A DNA stretch of 63,916 nt, counting the filler, from Porpidia crustulata (Eukaryota), in assembly GCA_964255105.1 (NCBI GenBank). It is 3 parts of 3 records of this genome, joined end to end, with 100 filler letters (N's around TTAATTAATTAA, not from the genome) between each part and the next. Parts side by side here need not be neighbours in the genome. Positions count along the whole stretch, not along the records: positions 21,417 to 42,677 come from CAXUWE010000106.1; 2 more parts are not named here. One strand, given 5' to 3'. Of this stretch, positions 25,407 to 37,882 are shown one piece after another. The notes under the pieces were generated by a model. It worked only from the letters and a program-made list of their open reading frames with translations, ran no database searches and was not told the origin of the DNA. The translations under genes and the position numbers were made by a program. How positions within the stretch are numbered: the stretch's first letter is position 1; each line of letters opens with the position of its first letter.

Positions 25407-26951
25407 CTACCAAACAGAACTCTGCTTTCTATGCAACCTTTGCTGCGTTGAATTTTCGCTTTGGCTCCTTAGTCCCCAATGACTCTTTCTGGCCTTCACC
25501 TTTGGGCGCCCAGCTGCGGTTCCACCGCCGCCAAAAAAAACACTCGATGACGGGCCAGCGGGCTGCAGATATGGACCTGTTGGTCTCGGAGGATTCAAGT
25601 GCTGCTGATTCTGCCAAGTAGGGAATTGCGGAGCCTGCGTGGGCTGCGGTCTAGGTGGATACTGCTGTTGATGGGTTACAGGTCTTGATGGCAAGTTTGG
25701 CCTAGTTCCCTGCTGTTGCATCCGCCGTTTCTCGGCCTCGAATTCTCGTCTGAGGCGTTCGGTCTCTCTGTCGATGTCTGCTTGCTTCTGGCGGGCTCGT
25801 CTTTCTTCGTCCTCGAGCATTTTCTTCACACGCTTCTCCTCAGCGCGCTCGGCATGCATGCGATCTCGCTCTTCGCGTTCGACTTGTTTCTTGAGACGGG
25901 CGGTTTCAGCATCAAGTTCCCATTGGGAGCGTGGGTCTGTTGGTGGAGGTCGGGGGTTAGAGATCTGAGTCTGGAGGAGTGGAAGGCGTTGAGAGGAATC
26001 GGAGGCATGGCGGAGCTTTTCTTGGGACCGCCGCGGTGGCTGTTGCGGTGGCGTTGGGTTGAGGAGAGGGCCAAAAATGGGGCAGGGAGCTTTTTGTGGG
26101 ATGGTGGCTCCTTGGGCGAGAGCCGGCGGGATCTCGGAGATGTTGAAGACTTCGCGGATGTTGGCGTTGTAGACTTCCCGGATGACAATGGAGCTGAGGA
26201 GTAATACCACTTCCAGACCTTTCGGGTCTTCCATGTCGACTCGATTCAGATTTGGCTCATATAGAGTCATCTCTTTGAGGTGCTTAAATAAGGCTATCGT
26301 AATATCAGGCTCCTTGTTCTTCCTTTTGCTACCGTCTGGGTTCGTGCTTTTGCCTGAGAGCGAACAGACGTATTCCCGTGACAGCTTTCCTTCTTTCTTC
26401 CATTTGAAATTGATCTTCGGCGTTGTTTCTGAGGCAGTAGGATCGCTTTGTGTGCGGTCTAGAGTAGAGTTTGACGGCTGTCGAAAACTCTGTTGGGGCA
26501 TCTCAAACTCCCAAGATGAATCTCTATTCCATGACCCTGCTCGGGATTTTACCACGATCTGTTGATCTGGGTTATACAGTTGAATGGTGAACTCGGTGGG
26601 AAGCATCGGCTGTGGTGGAGGCGTTACACCTCCGTTTAAACGAATCTCTTCTGCTGATAACGAAGGTTGAGTCCATTGTGGTATCAACAGAACCTCGCCA
26701 AAAAGGATCTCTGGGCAGTAGCTATCGTAAAGTGCTGCGGCGTATCTGTTCTTGGACGCTGGTAGGGAGGGATCGGGGTGACGGAGGGAGTAGGCTGGAG
26801 CTGCGTCCGATCCATGATGTGACAGCAAGATGGATGCGTTATATCTGATATTGTCGCTGGAAGGTCGGAGGTAAAATGCTGGAAGAAGTCAGTGTTGGGA
26901 AGACGCTAGACAGCGCACGAGCGACTTACTGGGTAGATTTTCATCGAGCAT
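25407..26951 (-). CDS. Conserved fungal hypothetical protein with coiled-coil and Pro/Gln-rich C-terminus, 2 exons
   Basis: Micro-exon MLDENLP + GTAAGT intron leads into the 473-aa ORF (NRYAAALYDSY, FTIQLYNPDQQ, KEPDITIA, EDPKGLEVVLLL); E/R/K-rich coiled coil. Confidence 0.85.
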
Positions 26952-28139
26952 GATTGAGATAAGTGAGGAAAGGCCGGGCAGCCTTCAGGTGTGGAGGGGA
27001 CAGTTTGACAAAAGGCAAGGTCTACAAGATTGCCCTCTTCCAAGCATCCCAGAGCAGTACAGTGACTGATTTTGACTTGCAAGAAGGACAGGAAGGGGAA
27101 CTGATGTAGAGGCCGCTTTCGCAAGGCTTCCGTTTACGAGGAGGCTGTATAGTGATGGCCTGAAATAAGCCGTGAAAGGTGATAATAAGAAATGGAAGCC
27201 ATTCGTCAGGACGTGGCGCACGCTGATCCGCGTCATACGCTAGAGTTTACTAGCTGCCGCTGCCGTTCCCAAAATAGAGCAACATCGTTTTGAAACGAAC
27301 GAAGACCTGATCCAATTGGCCGACTCGGTTGTCCCAGGTTTACTACGTATGGGTCAAGAGGGATCTCACACTTTCCCTTGATTTGCATTCGTGCTACGAA
27401 GCACTCTCTAAGAAGAGAGTCGCGTCGAATCTCTTGAAAGGACCGCAGAGCAATGTCCTTTGGATCCACCACAAAATAACGCATCTGTACCCGACTATTC
27501 GCTATGAATACAGTAATTAAGGCTTTCTTTTCGGAGGTCAAGTCTTCGAGGCATTGATATCGCTTCCCAAGGAGAGAGTCTGGTCCAGTAGGACGAGCTA
27601 TATTTGTCGCTAACTCCCTTCTCCACCGGAGCCTTGCTGCAGACATCGGTAGATGATTTTGCTCTTTCCTTAACTTGTATTCCCCTTTAAAGATTCATTT
27701 GCATCTGGATGTCATCGCAATTGTTAATCACAGATTCATTGAGTAAAGCTTATTAATGGAACAAAAGCGGGAAGCAATGGGGTCTCCGTTGGCCAGGCTT
27801 CATCTCGAGGGAAGACGACACTTGTATTAAATAAAGCGCAGCACTGCCAGTCAACTTTATTCTCTGATCGAGAACAGGAAGTTTTGATGAAATCTGAAGC
27901 AATGCTATGACTAGGTTTCAGAGATTCAGGGAAGGGTACAAAGAAGGAATCCATCATGGTCACAGCATTGACCTTGACCTTACTATACATGCTCTCTGCA
28001 TCTAACCAGATCGAAGACTTTCTAATAGGCTTAGCTTTATATTACATGAAGTCCAGATCAAGATAAAACAAGGAGCAACCATCACACCCAATGCTGAAAT
28101 ACAGTTACATTATCACTACACGATGATACCTCACGAGCC

Positions 28140-28769
28140 TCACTTCTTCGCCGCGCCAGTGACTTTCTTCGCAGGTCCACCAGCCGCACCTTTTGCCCCT
28201 GTTACAACTCCAGAGGGTTTCGCAACGCCGGTGACCATTCCAGTAGGTTTCTTAGCGGGCCCAGTTACAGTCCCCGTAGGCTTTTTGGCCGCCCCGTTCA
28301 CTGCTCCCTTCGCAGCATTGGTAGGTAGTTTCGAGGCTGTCGCACTTCCCTTTCCTGGTGTTTCCTTCGGAGATGACCTTGGCGCTGCACTAGGTGGTCC
28401 AGCTGTGATCTGCTTCCTCGCTGGTGGCGCGCCGACTGCTTTCTTCGCATCCCCGGTACTTTTCTTGTATTGGTAGGTATTGGTGTTCAGCCCATAGTCT
28501 CTGCTAGCTTTGGAGTCTCTTGCAAGCCCTAAGGGATTCACCGCCGTGCCAACTCGGGTGCCGGAGGCACGAGTGCTGTCTTTAACGTAATTGCCAGCAT
28601 CTTTGGCGTAGTCGCCATAGTAATTTGCTGTACTGGCAATGGAATCGCCAATGTTGCGGCCGGTACTGGCAATGGTGTTACCAACACCAGCGACAGTGTT
28701 GCCAGCTACAGCGCCTGCTCCAGCGATGGTGTTCTCGACAGCTTTGTAAACGGGATCGAGGAGACCCAT
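28140..28769 (-). CDS. Hypothetical protein: amphipathic Gly/Ala-rich N-domain and Lys/Ala/Pro-rich repetitive tail
   Basis: ORF of about 209 aa from MGLLDPVYKAVE; motif NYVKDSTRASGTRVGTAVNPLGL; tail of repeated AKKPTG units. Confidence 0.75.
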   Translation of the reverse strand: MGLLDPVYKAVENTIAGAGAVAGNTVAGVGNTIASTGRNIGDSIASTANYYGDYAKDAGNYVKDSTRASGTRVGTAVNPLGLARDSKASRDYGLNTNTYQYKKSTGDAKKAVGAPPARKQITAGPPSAAPRSSPKETPGKGSATASKLPTNAAKGAVNGAAKKPTGTVTGPAKKPTGMVTGVAKPSGVVTGAKGAAGGPAKKVTGAAKK

Positions 28770-29533
28770 GGTTGTGGATTGGAGGAAGCCTAGGACGGGA
28801 GTCGTCATTCGGTAGGTTATATGTTAATTTTAGTATGATATACGTGATTGCTCGGCTCTTGATAGAAATAGTGACTTGAACTCGGTGAAAATGTGGTGCG
28901 ATTTAATTGCTTCATGTTCAGAAGAGTTTGTTGATTTCTACCTATCTTGGCGATTACCGATGACGCAGATTTGCAGGGATAAGAAACCTGTACTCTGCGA
29001 GTAGGCGACGCCATTAGCTCACCGAGTATTCAACAGCCATAGTTCTTCATCGTCCACGATGGATATGCGCAGAGTGAAAGCTCGAAACGGTACTCTAGTC
29101 AAGTACATGACAGGTGGTGCCATGGCTCAATAGCTTCATTTCCGCGGCACACATTTTTCACTGCTTCCTCTGGGAATTACTCTCACGTAATGCAATCACA
29201 TTCTCTATCTGCACCTGTCTCATGGATTCTCAATTCCTCCTGCTACGTGATGTTAGATACAGAATTTGCCTTGTCGCTTTGTCGAAAATTGTCGTTTTCT
29301 AATGAGACCAGTAATAAGATATTGCGGTGCTTTCATATATCAACGTACCCTTAGTATACATGTCGAATTACGGAGAATTACCTTTTTATTTAGGCCGATT
29401 CTTCTAGTAATCAACATCCAGTGACAGAAACTATCAATATTTTCTATGAACGTCAACAGTACGTTCAAACTACTCGCCTCGTTCTGGCCTAATGTTACAA
29501 TCTGCTACTCGGCATCGAAAGGTTTTTCGCTCA

Positions 29534-30556
29534 TCAATGTACACGACCCAGGTCGACTCTAGAGAGCCTCCCGCCCATTGTGGAATTCCCAAATTCGGTA
29601 ATGTATAAGCTATTCCGATCCGCAGGAGTGCGTCCAAATTTGACGGCTGAAGGAGCCGGCAGAGTGATTGTACTGTTACCCACCAGCACTTTCTTCATTC
29701 CTCTAGGCGTCACTTCAACCAGCTCGCCGGGACCATGTAGTGCTACGAATGCGTCTCCTTTGCGGTTCAATATAAAGTCATCGCAAATAGCAAGTCCCGA
29801 TGCCACGACCGAGACATTCCCTGCAGCTGTGCCATCCTCGTGTATGGGTAAACGATAAAGAGCACTGGCTCCGGAATTGGTGAAGTAAAGAGTCCCGTCA
29901 CGGACTTTGATACCGTTGACGCCAAGAGGGAAATCCGGCGATGGTGCGTGCAAAGCCGGGATGTCGATGATGCGGCGAACTTCTCCCGTCAACACGTTGA
30001 GGCGCCAGACTGCACCGGCAATCGAGTCAGCGACAAGAACAAGGCCTTTATCCTTGCTGAGGAGAGCCATCCCGTTGAGCAATACTGCATCTGGAAAATC
30101 GGCTATCTTCCTGGTCGGGGCTGGGATCTGATCGCTCGTAAGATCCACTGTCCAGACCGAATTCGAGCCTAGTATGGGTAAAAGTGTCGTTGCATTGAGA
30201 GTGGTGGCGACTACGTAAAACAAATCTGGATGCGTTTCTACGATTCCCAGGAGCGAACTCTTTGAACCGAAGCTGTTGCTAACGATTGCGGGCGCATCGA
30301 CTTGAAGAGGATCGATCTGATGGAGCTCAGCGCGGTCGATACATGTTGCCAGAATCTTTCCATTCCGGCGGACGGCGAGATTTTCAAGGTCGGTGCCGAC
30401 GGGGAATTGGTGGACTATTGCGACGGGGAGGGATTGCTCAAGACCATACTGAGAGTTAGAACGGATAGAGTGGCCTTGAGGGAATGCTGTTGCGAGAGAA
30501 GAGAGTCGTAGCAATGCCAAAAAAGGTAAAATAGCTAGACAAGAAAACTGCACCAT
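29534..30556 (-). CDS. Secreted six-bladed beta-propeller (SMP-30/gluconolactonase-like; family includes AsR5-type hetero-Diels-Alderases)
   Basis: Signal peptide MVQFSCLAILPFLALL. Motifs LENLAVRRNGKILAT, LLNGMALL, VLVADSIAGAVWRLN, GVNGIKVRDGTLYFTNS, DDFIL and PSAVKFGRT..LYIT. Confidence 0.8.
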   Translation of the reverse strand: MVQFSCLAILPFLALLRLSSLATAFPQGHSIRSNSQYGLEQSLPVAIVHQFPVGTDLENLAVRRNGKILATCIDRAELHQIDPLQVDAPAIVSNSFGSKSSLLGIVETHPDLFYVVATTLNATTLLPILGSNSVWTVDLTSDQIPAPTRKIADFPDAVLLNGMALLSKDKGLVLVADSIAGAVWRLNVLTGEVRRIIDIPALHAPSPDFPLGVNGIKVRDGTLYFTNSGASALYRLPIHEDGTAAGNVSVVASGLAICDDFILNRKGDAFVALHGPGELVEVTPRGMKKVLVGNSTITLPAPSAVKFGRTPADRNSLYITEFGNSTMGGRLSRVDLGRVH

Positions 30557-31771
30557 GGTGACTGAGTGAATATCAAAAGACCTGAATGCATAGATACTGC
30601 TCGCAACGACATTACATGATTTTGGCCCGTTTATATATGACACGCAACCCACGAGCCTACCAGCCGTTAATTCAGCTTCACTTCCGAATCCATAGCTCTA
30701 AGATCCCTCATACGAAATAGTAAATACCTAGCCCTTCAGCTGGTGATGAAGCCGCCATCAGGACATTCGGCCACCTTACCTGCAAAGGTATGGATGTTCA
30801 GATTCTGGTAGAGCTTAATCACAGCCCGTAGCCTGTACTGGTATAGATTGTTTCTTTGATGGATGTAGTGTCCGAATAGCCTGGTGCCGGCTCGATAGGT
30901 CTGACTCACCCAACGCGCCCAGGTGCACCTAGCCACTTTACCTACTTAAAGATCAATCAACCACAGCTTCCGGACGTAGGTAAAGAGCCGTTCATCCCCA
31001 TGTGTCCCTGCTAACCTGTTTCTTTCCATCTCAGGCTATAAAATCCTTCGGACACCCAAAAATTGATTCTAAGCCGGGATTGTCGCTTCTGTGTCCGGGA
31101 CATTGAAAACCAGCCACGCGGAGGGCAAAAGAAATCATACCGCAACACTCGATCCCTACCGATGTAAATTAAAATCTGATGATTGCTTTCAAGAAGATCT
31201 TTCGATGATTCTTCGTAGTCTGATAGTGTGTCGTTTGAACTCGGTTTTTGCGTCTACCTTCATTTGATTTTGTAGCGTTTCAGACAATGTGTTCACAGAT
31301 ACAGTGATAAATTTGATTAGAATTGAATTTGGCAGTATGGATTCTTTTGCTCCCCGCGTGCCAGCCTAAGTATGAGTCATCGGAGCTAGAAATATCTTCG
31401 AGTCACGCTGTGAAATCACTGTGAGAATTTTCGCTACTAGGGAAGTGCTGATCTTTGCGGCTGGTTTTGTTAGCTTGATTGGAAATGAGTTGTTTTTTGT
31501 ATAGCGAGTTCTTCTGCCCTTTTCTTATTAAAGGCTGACGGCCGTGAGTCTTTTTGTTTATAATGTTGGGGAAGGCGAGAATCTGAGCTACGATTATCTA
31601 GAACAAACCATCGAGCACTTCCGGTCGCTAGACTGCGAGAAATGAATAACAGCCTCGTCAATTTTTGGTCTATCATGCAATTTAATGAACACCCTGATAC
31701 GCCTAGGTATCAAATGCCCGGTTCCATGCTTGTCCTCTATTTTTCCATGCTTCTTCCATCCAATTCTAATC

Positions 31772-34700
31772 TCATGCAACCCCAAAGCCCTTGCCGTTCT
31801 CAATCGCAGCGCACAATTTCTCTTTCATCTTCTCTCCGGTCGAGTACTCAGGGAGTAGAAGACGGCCGAAGCAGGTCAAACTTGTTGGTAAGCGCTTGAG
31901 AAGGTCAGTTGCGTGGTAGCTTTGAAGGTTTGGAATACTGGCTTACCTCGTCCTCGGATCCATTCTTCTGTATAACAAATAGTAGACTCTCGACACCCCT
32001 GACCGGGATTCGATCGCTGGCGGTGACGAACTCCAGAAGCTGGCGGAGTCTTTTAGGGGAGAATTCATGGACGACGTGCCAAAAATCCTTGATAATGCCG
32101 TGTTCGGCTGTATAGCCTCCCTCGTATCGTGTTGTCAGCTGCAGAGCATGTACATCAATATCTTGGAAACCTTCAATAACGCTTTTCAGTATCCCAGGAG
32201 TGAAGATCGTTGTCGCTTTCCGATCTAAGCATGTGTAAAATCCTCGAGCGAAGGCTTCAAATTGTGGCCGAATGGATTTATCTGTAAGCCAAAAAATGTA
32301 ATCTTCCACATACTGTACACGGTTTGCATTCGTGACCATGCCTGGCTCGAAAATGGTAGAGGTCGTCCGTCGCCGTGGGGCCTCATGTAGTTGCGGTACT
32401 GGTTCACTAGGAAAATTGTTCGGTGTGTCTACATTGCTTCGACTGCCAATTGAGGACTGGAAGTCATGCTGATTTTGGTCATTAACTAAACACCGAGCCT
32501 GCGGCGGTATCGCCGAGCCATTCCCTTGACTCTCCAGCTCTTCTTTTCTTTGGAGATTTGTTGTTGTTGGCCAATTGGCATTCTTTGGAGTTCGGTCCAT
32601 TTCAACGTCCATTGTGGCGCCTAAACCCTGCACAGTGAAAACGTAAGATCTCATGAAAACCTCTTCCACATCGCCGTCTGGCCAGGATAACAACTCTCTG
32701 AGTCCCTTTGTAAGCTCTGGCCATCCATCTTCGATTTGATCAAGTTGCGTGACAGGTAGATCCAAAAGTTTGCGATATAATGCTGTAGGAAAGTTCATTG
32801 GTAGAGTGAGGCCATTATAGATAGCGAGCGACGTAAGCAGTCCCAGCATCTCAAATTTATACAAAGGTTCGAGAGAACCTGGCTGGAACCACGATATCCA
32901 GGAACGCACGTCGGTATAGAATAAGCCTGGCATGTTAGCGGTCAGTCATCATCTGGAGAAAATGAACCTGTTGAAAACTTACCGTAATCAGGATTTAAAG
33001 CCTCTCCGATGGCTACTCGAAAGAATTCCTGCTGGACCCCGCCATGGTCTACACCTTCTTCACCTTCCTCCATTCCCATACGTACTTTAAGTGGTTTCAG
33101 CAGCTCGCGTCTTTCACGGCGCCAAAGCTGATTGATAGCATCCATAAGAACTTTATCGCGCCGAACCTCTAATACTAGGTAATTCTTCATAGCTCTCGTG
33201 ATTTGTTCAGGGACACGGGGTTCGCCTCGTCCGTAATGCCCTAACGCAGTCATTGTATCTAGCAAGCGAGTTGTGATCATTGATGCCTCAAAGGCCTTCG
33301 ACATAGCTGCATGGTTAATTGATCGGAAATATGAGACCAAAGTGGAGGGCTTAAAAAGAAAAGAATACGAAAGTATATGTACTGTCTTCCTCTCTAGTGG
33401 AGCTGACAGCCATTCTATAGGCATTTCCATGACATCGAAACGCTCAGACAGGAGGGGGATACGAAAGATCTCCGGGTCCAGCCCAAATCGATGGCAACCA
33501 CTATCTGTCATTCCTAATTAGCCGATTCCCAGACAGTAAGGAGAGTAAAATATTATCCGCCTACATAGGTGCGACAAAAACTCCAAAGCGCCGCCCACAG
33601 CACCCCATCTTGGTATCTCTGCTTTTCCATCCCACTCTCTTAGTACAACACTACGAAGCCATTCGACTATAATGTTCAGCGGAGAGATTTTTGATGCCTG
33701 ACCTGCTGAAGGAGTATCGGGACTGTTTTGTAATAGGTCGGGAGTCATGTTCAACACATTATCGGGGCTCAATATATCATCAGGAAATTCAGCCCAATAA
33801 TTGGTGCCTTCAGAGTCGGAAAGATGGTCTACGACCATTTCCAAAACATTCTTTTCACAAGATAGCGAACTCGTATCATTCTTTGACGTCAGTCGTTGAT
33901 TCCTGGAGATCTCCGATGTACAGAGACGTGCTGCAATTGCTTTTACTAGCCTTGTCATCAGATTAATCGATATTTCGTTATTAAGGGCATCTAACAGTGT
34001 GAGCAGATGGTCGATTGTGCCCGAACTCATTCCTCGCGCTTCCGGAATTGGTGACGAGTAGCCCGAAGCACGGAAATTCCGAATCCAAAACCACGCAGCT
34101 GGACCACAGATAGGTATCGACGCAACCAGAGCAGCAAAGGCAATTTTGGCAACGTGGGCAGCCTCGGCATCGTCTAGAACATTAGCTTCGCTGCTCGTAG
34201 GATTGGATCGTTGTTGCCGTAATGGAGACTCAGGATCTTCATCTCCTGTTTTCGATTGTGCACGAATTTTGGCTCGGGGGTTCTTTGAACGAACAGGTCC
34301 TTGGAGATACAGCTTTCCAACGCTTTCCCAAAGACTTGAGAAGATGTTGGATGGATGGTAGTCTACCTGTATCAAGGCTCGTAATGCTATGGTGATCTCT
34401 CTAAAGCTAGCAGACGGACCTGCAGCACTGGAGCTTTCAGGGGTAGTAACATGTCGGAATGACTCTAAAAGGGCCGTAGTGCTACCTAGGACATTTGTAA
34501 TCGACTGTAACCCAAAAACAACTGCCATATCCTGCTGCGTAGCATTGCCCGTTTCGAACGCCAAGGGGTTGATAGGTTGTTCTGTTCGCCCCAAAGAACG
34601 TAGAATTTGATATTCCTCATGAGTGGATGAGCCCATGTTCTTGATCAAGGAGACCATCATAGCAACGTTCACCGATGTAAAGTGAGAAAGTGCCTGGGCC

Positions 34701-35797
34701 CGAAAAGATCTTGGAAATTCTGCCTTGAGCATATGACCCTTTCCCTCGGGAAGCTGGTTATTTGACAAACCATCGCAATATTGCAAGTTCTCCTGTAGTC
34801 CCCCTCTAGATTCTCCACCAGGGCTCGAGGTCTTTCCATTACTACTTTTCTTCTTATTAGTGCACACTTCTTGTCCTTCTATTGCGGATTGTTGCCCCGA
34901 ATTGCTCTTGGACGAAATTGCAACAGCTGTGGGAGCAATGTCTGAGCTTGATTCTGTTGATTTCCTCTCCTGACACGGATCTCTGTCTTCATCACTTTCC
35001 CATAATGAGACTCTTGCAACCTGAACCTTTGACATCGCGAAAGTATCAAAGAGGTTCTGTATGAAGGATTTCGGATCTTTGCTGACTGGCATTTGCTCGT
35101 ACAATGTTGTGGGTTTGGAATACTTCAGATTGGCAGTTTGGATTTTATGTGGATCGTCTTCTGCATTTTGCGCGTGGTTGTTGCGTTTGATCCTTGCCGG
35201 CTCACCCTCAGCCGCTTCTAAAATCGGCTGGAGTTCAGAATTATCATTCACAGGGACAGTTTGAGGGATTTGGGCAGCGCTTGGTCTCCTGGGCTTTCTT
35301 CGATACCTCTTGTCGGATGACGTTGCATGCAAGTTGTTGTTCGGAGCTCTGGCTGGCTTCCAAGGCGCGTAAGGACAGAGCTCTTTCTCCGGGTCATCTT
35401 GGCTGGCAAGGAAAGTTGCTAGGGCTTTTGCGCTTGAAATTGTAAATCGCCGAAAAGGACCATTCGAGGCTCTTTTCTGGTGACTCAAACAAGTCGGCGT
35501 ATTGCATTTTGGGTTTTCGCAACCAATAAGGATTTGCTGGAAATATCTGATTTGAGAGAGAAATTAGTGATCGATCTCAACGCCTTTCAAATAGCGACGA
35601 CAACGGATAGACCTTTGATAGACTTCTAGAAAGAGCGCAGATCTCTCGTCACATCTTTGAGGCCATGCTGCAGCTGGGTTTTGAATGTATACGGAATCGC
35701 TTTTCAGAATTCTGTGAGCAATGTCTGGAAGTATGGCGTATTGCTTGGCGTGTGCAGATGAATTGCGGGGCGAGTACGCGCCAGAGCTCCTGGTCAT
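31772..35797 (-). CDS. HECT E3 ubiquitin ligase (Hul4/Mug30/UBE3A-like) with N-terminal AZUL-like Zn motif, 5 exons
   Basis: [35 protein letters not shown], catalytic [27 protein letters not shown]-terminal [20 protein letters not shown]. The start codon is less certain. Confidence 0.9.
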
Positions 35798-36141
35798 GTG
35801 GGAAATCAGATATTGGTTGAAGTTGGTGTTGTTGGAGCTTCGAGGTCGATCTGCTCATGCCTGATGTGATTTGATCAATAAAGCCTTACAAGGCGAGCGT
35901 GTATTTTTATCTTTGGAATGGAAGCGAGCGAGTTCACCAAATCTTATCGATTAAATTGCTTAAATATGTCCATCATCGTTCTCAACTTTACATAAGTGTT
36001 GCAACAAAATTGAATATTTGAACTTCCTTCATACCCAACTGTTCGCTCTTGCAACTAGGTCTCTCTTCAAGGCTTTAGTCCTTTTATCGCACGAATACAA
36101 TTCTAACAGGCCGTATACCTTTCTGATTCCCGGAACTCGCA

Positions 36142-37882
36142 ATGGCTACTGTCGTGACAAGTCGATCAACTCCATCTACAGTAACAGATACAAGTAATAC
36201 GCATCCCTTCACTTGCAATACTTGCCAAGTGGCGTTCAGATCAAGCAAACTTCAACGCGGACATATGCGTAGTGACTGGCAGTGAGCGTGCTCTCATAGT
36301 CGTCTGCAAAATCCGGATTCTAACATACACAAGTCGATACAATTTGAAACGTCGTGTCAGTTCCTTACCTCCACTCTCATCCGAAATCTTTTCGGAAAAG
36401 GTCTTGACTGCTCAAGCATCCTCGTCCGCCGAAGCTGCCAAAGCATCCTTTGAGAGATTGTGCACGGCATGCCAAAGGACCTACTACAGCGAGAATGCCT
36501 ACCAAAACCATCTTGGTAGTCAGAAGCACCGGCTGCGAATATCAGTATTGCGAAATAGTGGAGGAGTGGCTCCCGATGATGACACACATTCAATTTTGAG
36601 CTCTACCATATCTTTGGGTGAGCCCGTAAGCCTAGCTGTAACAGAGGCAATCGATCCTGAGGCAGAAGAAGAGTTTTCAAAGGTTGTGGATGGTATAAAG
36701 GAGACAAAGATCGACGACAACATGGAGCCAGTGTCATCCCGACCGTCAAGACCTCACCATTCTGCAGCCGAAATAAGACCTGCAATTCCAACATCAAAAC
36801 CAGAAACTTCGGGAAGCGTCGCAACGCCAAAAGTGTCGGAGACACCTTCTGCCATAGTGCCTTTAATCAGGTGCTTATTCTGTAACTATGATTCGCCGTC
36901 TCTCAAACTCAGTGTCATGCATATGACTAAATTCCATGGTCTCTTCATTCCCGAGCAGTCTTACTTGGTAGACCTCGATGGGCTGATAGGCTATTTACAA
37001 GAGAAAATCAATGTATTCCATGAATGTCTGTATTGCCATAAGCTTAAGGGATCAGTGAGTGGTATTCAAACCCATATGAGAGACAAAGGTCACTGCATGA
37101 TAGCATTTGAGTCCGAAGAAGAGATGATTGAAGTCGGCCAATTCTATGATTTCAGGAGCTCGTACTCCGACAATAATGAGGAGGATGACGACGATGAGAT
37201 GGAAGATATCGTGGAAGATCCATCTGGAGGTGTCAAGATTGGGTCCCGTACTTTCACGTCTCTCAAAACAGTTATAAGTGGCTCCAACGGCGACGAAGAA
37301 CTGGCTGAAGGACAGGAACACGCCGAGGGCTGGGAAACCGACAGCTCAGCTTCGTCGCTAGATTCTGCAGACTTGACGGCCGTGCCTATAGATCACACTC
37401 ACGCATTTCAGAGGCTACCCAACCATCGGCATCATTCGCTTACTGATCCTAGACCTCATCGTACAGTCGACGGCTTTCACTCGCATGCTCATTCTCACTA
37501 CGCAGTGTTCCGCTCAGAGTACGAACTCCACATGCCTTCAGGTCGTACCGCTGGCCACCGCTCCCTCTCGCGGTATTACCGCCAGAATCTGCATAACCAC
37601 CCGTCACCAGCTGAGCGTATCGAAATCCGTATGCTTCAGGGTGCATCTCATGACTCCGACGACGAGATGAGTATGGAATCAAATAATAGAGGCCGAGCGG
37701 TCATAAGCCGTGCAAACGGCGGGACGGGCATGCTTGGCGTCGCCGATACCAAGAAACGAGAGATCCAAGCCGTGGAGAAGAGAGAGCGGAAGCGTGAGCA
37801 CAGAGCACGAACGCAATTTGAGTGGGGGAACAACAAGCAGAGCAATAGCCAGAAGCACTTCCGGGATCCGCTGTTGCAGTAA
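36142..37882 (+). CDS. REI1: Cytoplasmic pre-60S maturation zinc-finger factor Rei1/Reh1, 2 exons
   Basis: HPFTCNTCQVAF..HMRSDWH|RYNLKRRVSSLPP, CTACQRTYYSENAYQNHLGSQKH, CLFC..HM..HGLFIPE, HMRDKGHC, GHRSLSRYYRQN, QKHFRDPLLQ*. Confidence 0.95.

Noticed and set aside
27233..27646. 137-aa ATG-initiated minus-strand ORF
   Set aside because: Plausible composition but no recognisable domain or splice support; cannot be told from a chance ORF.
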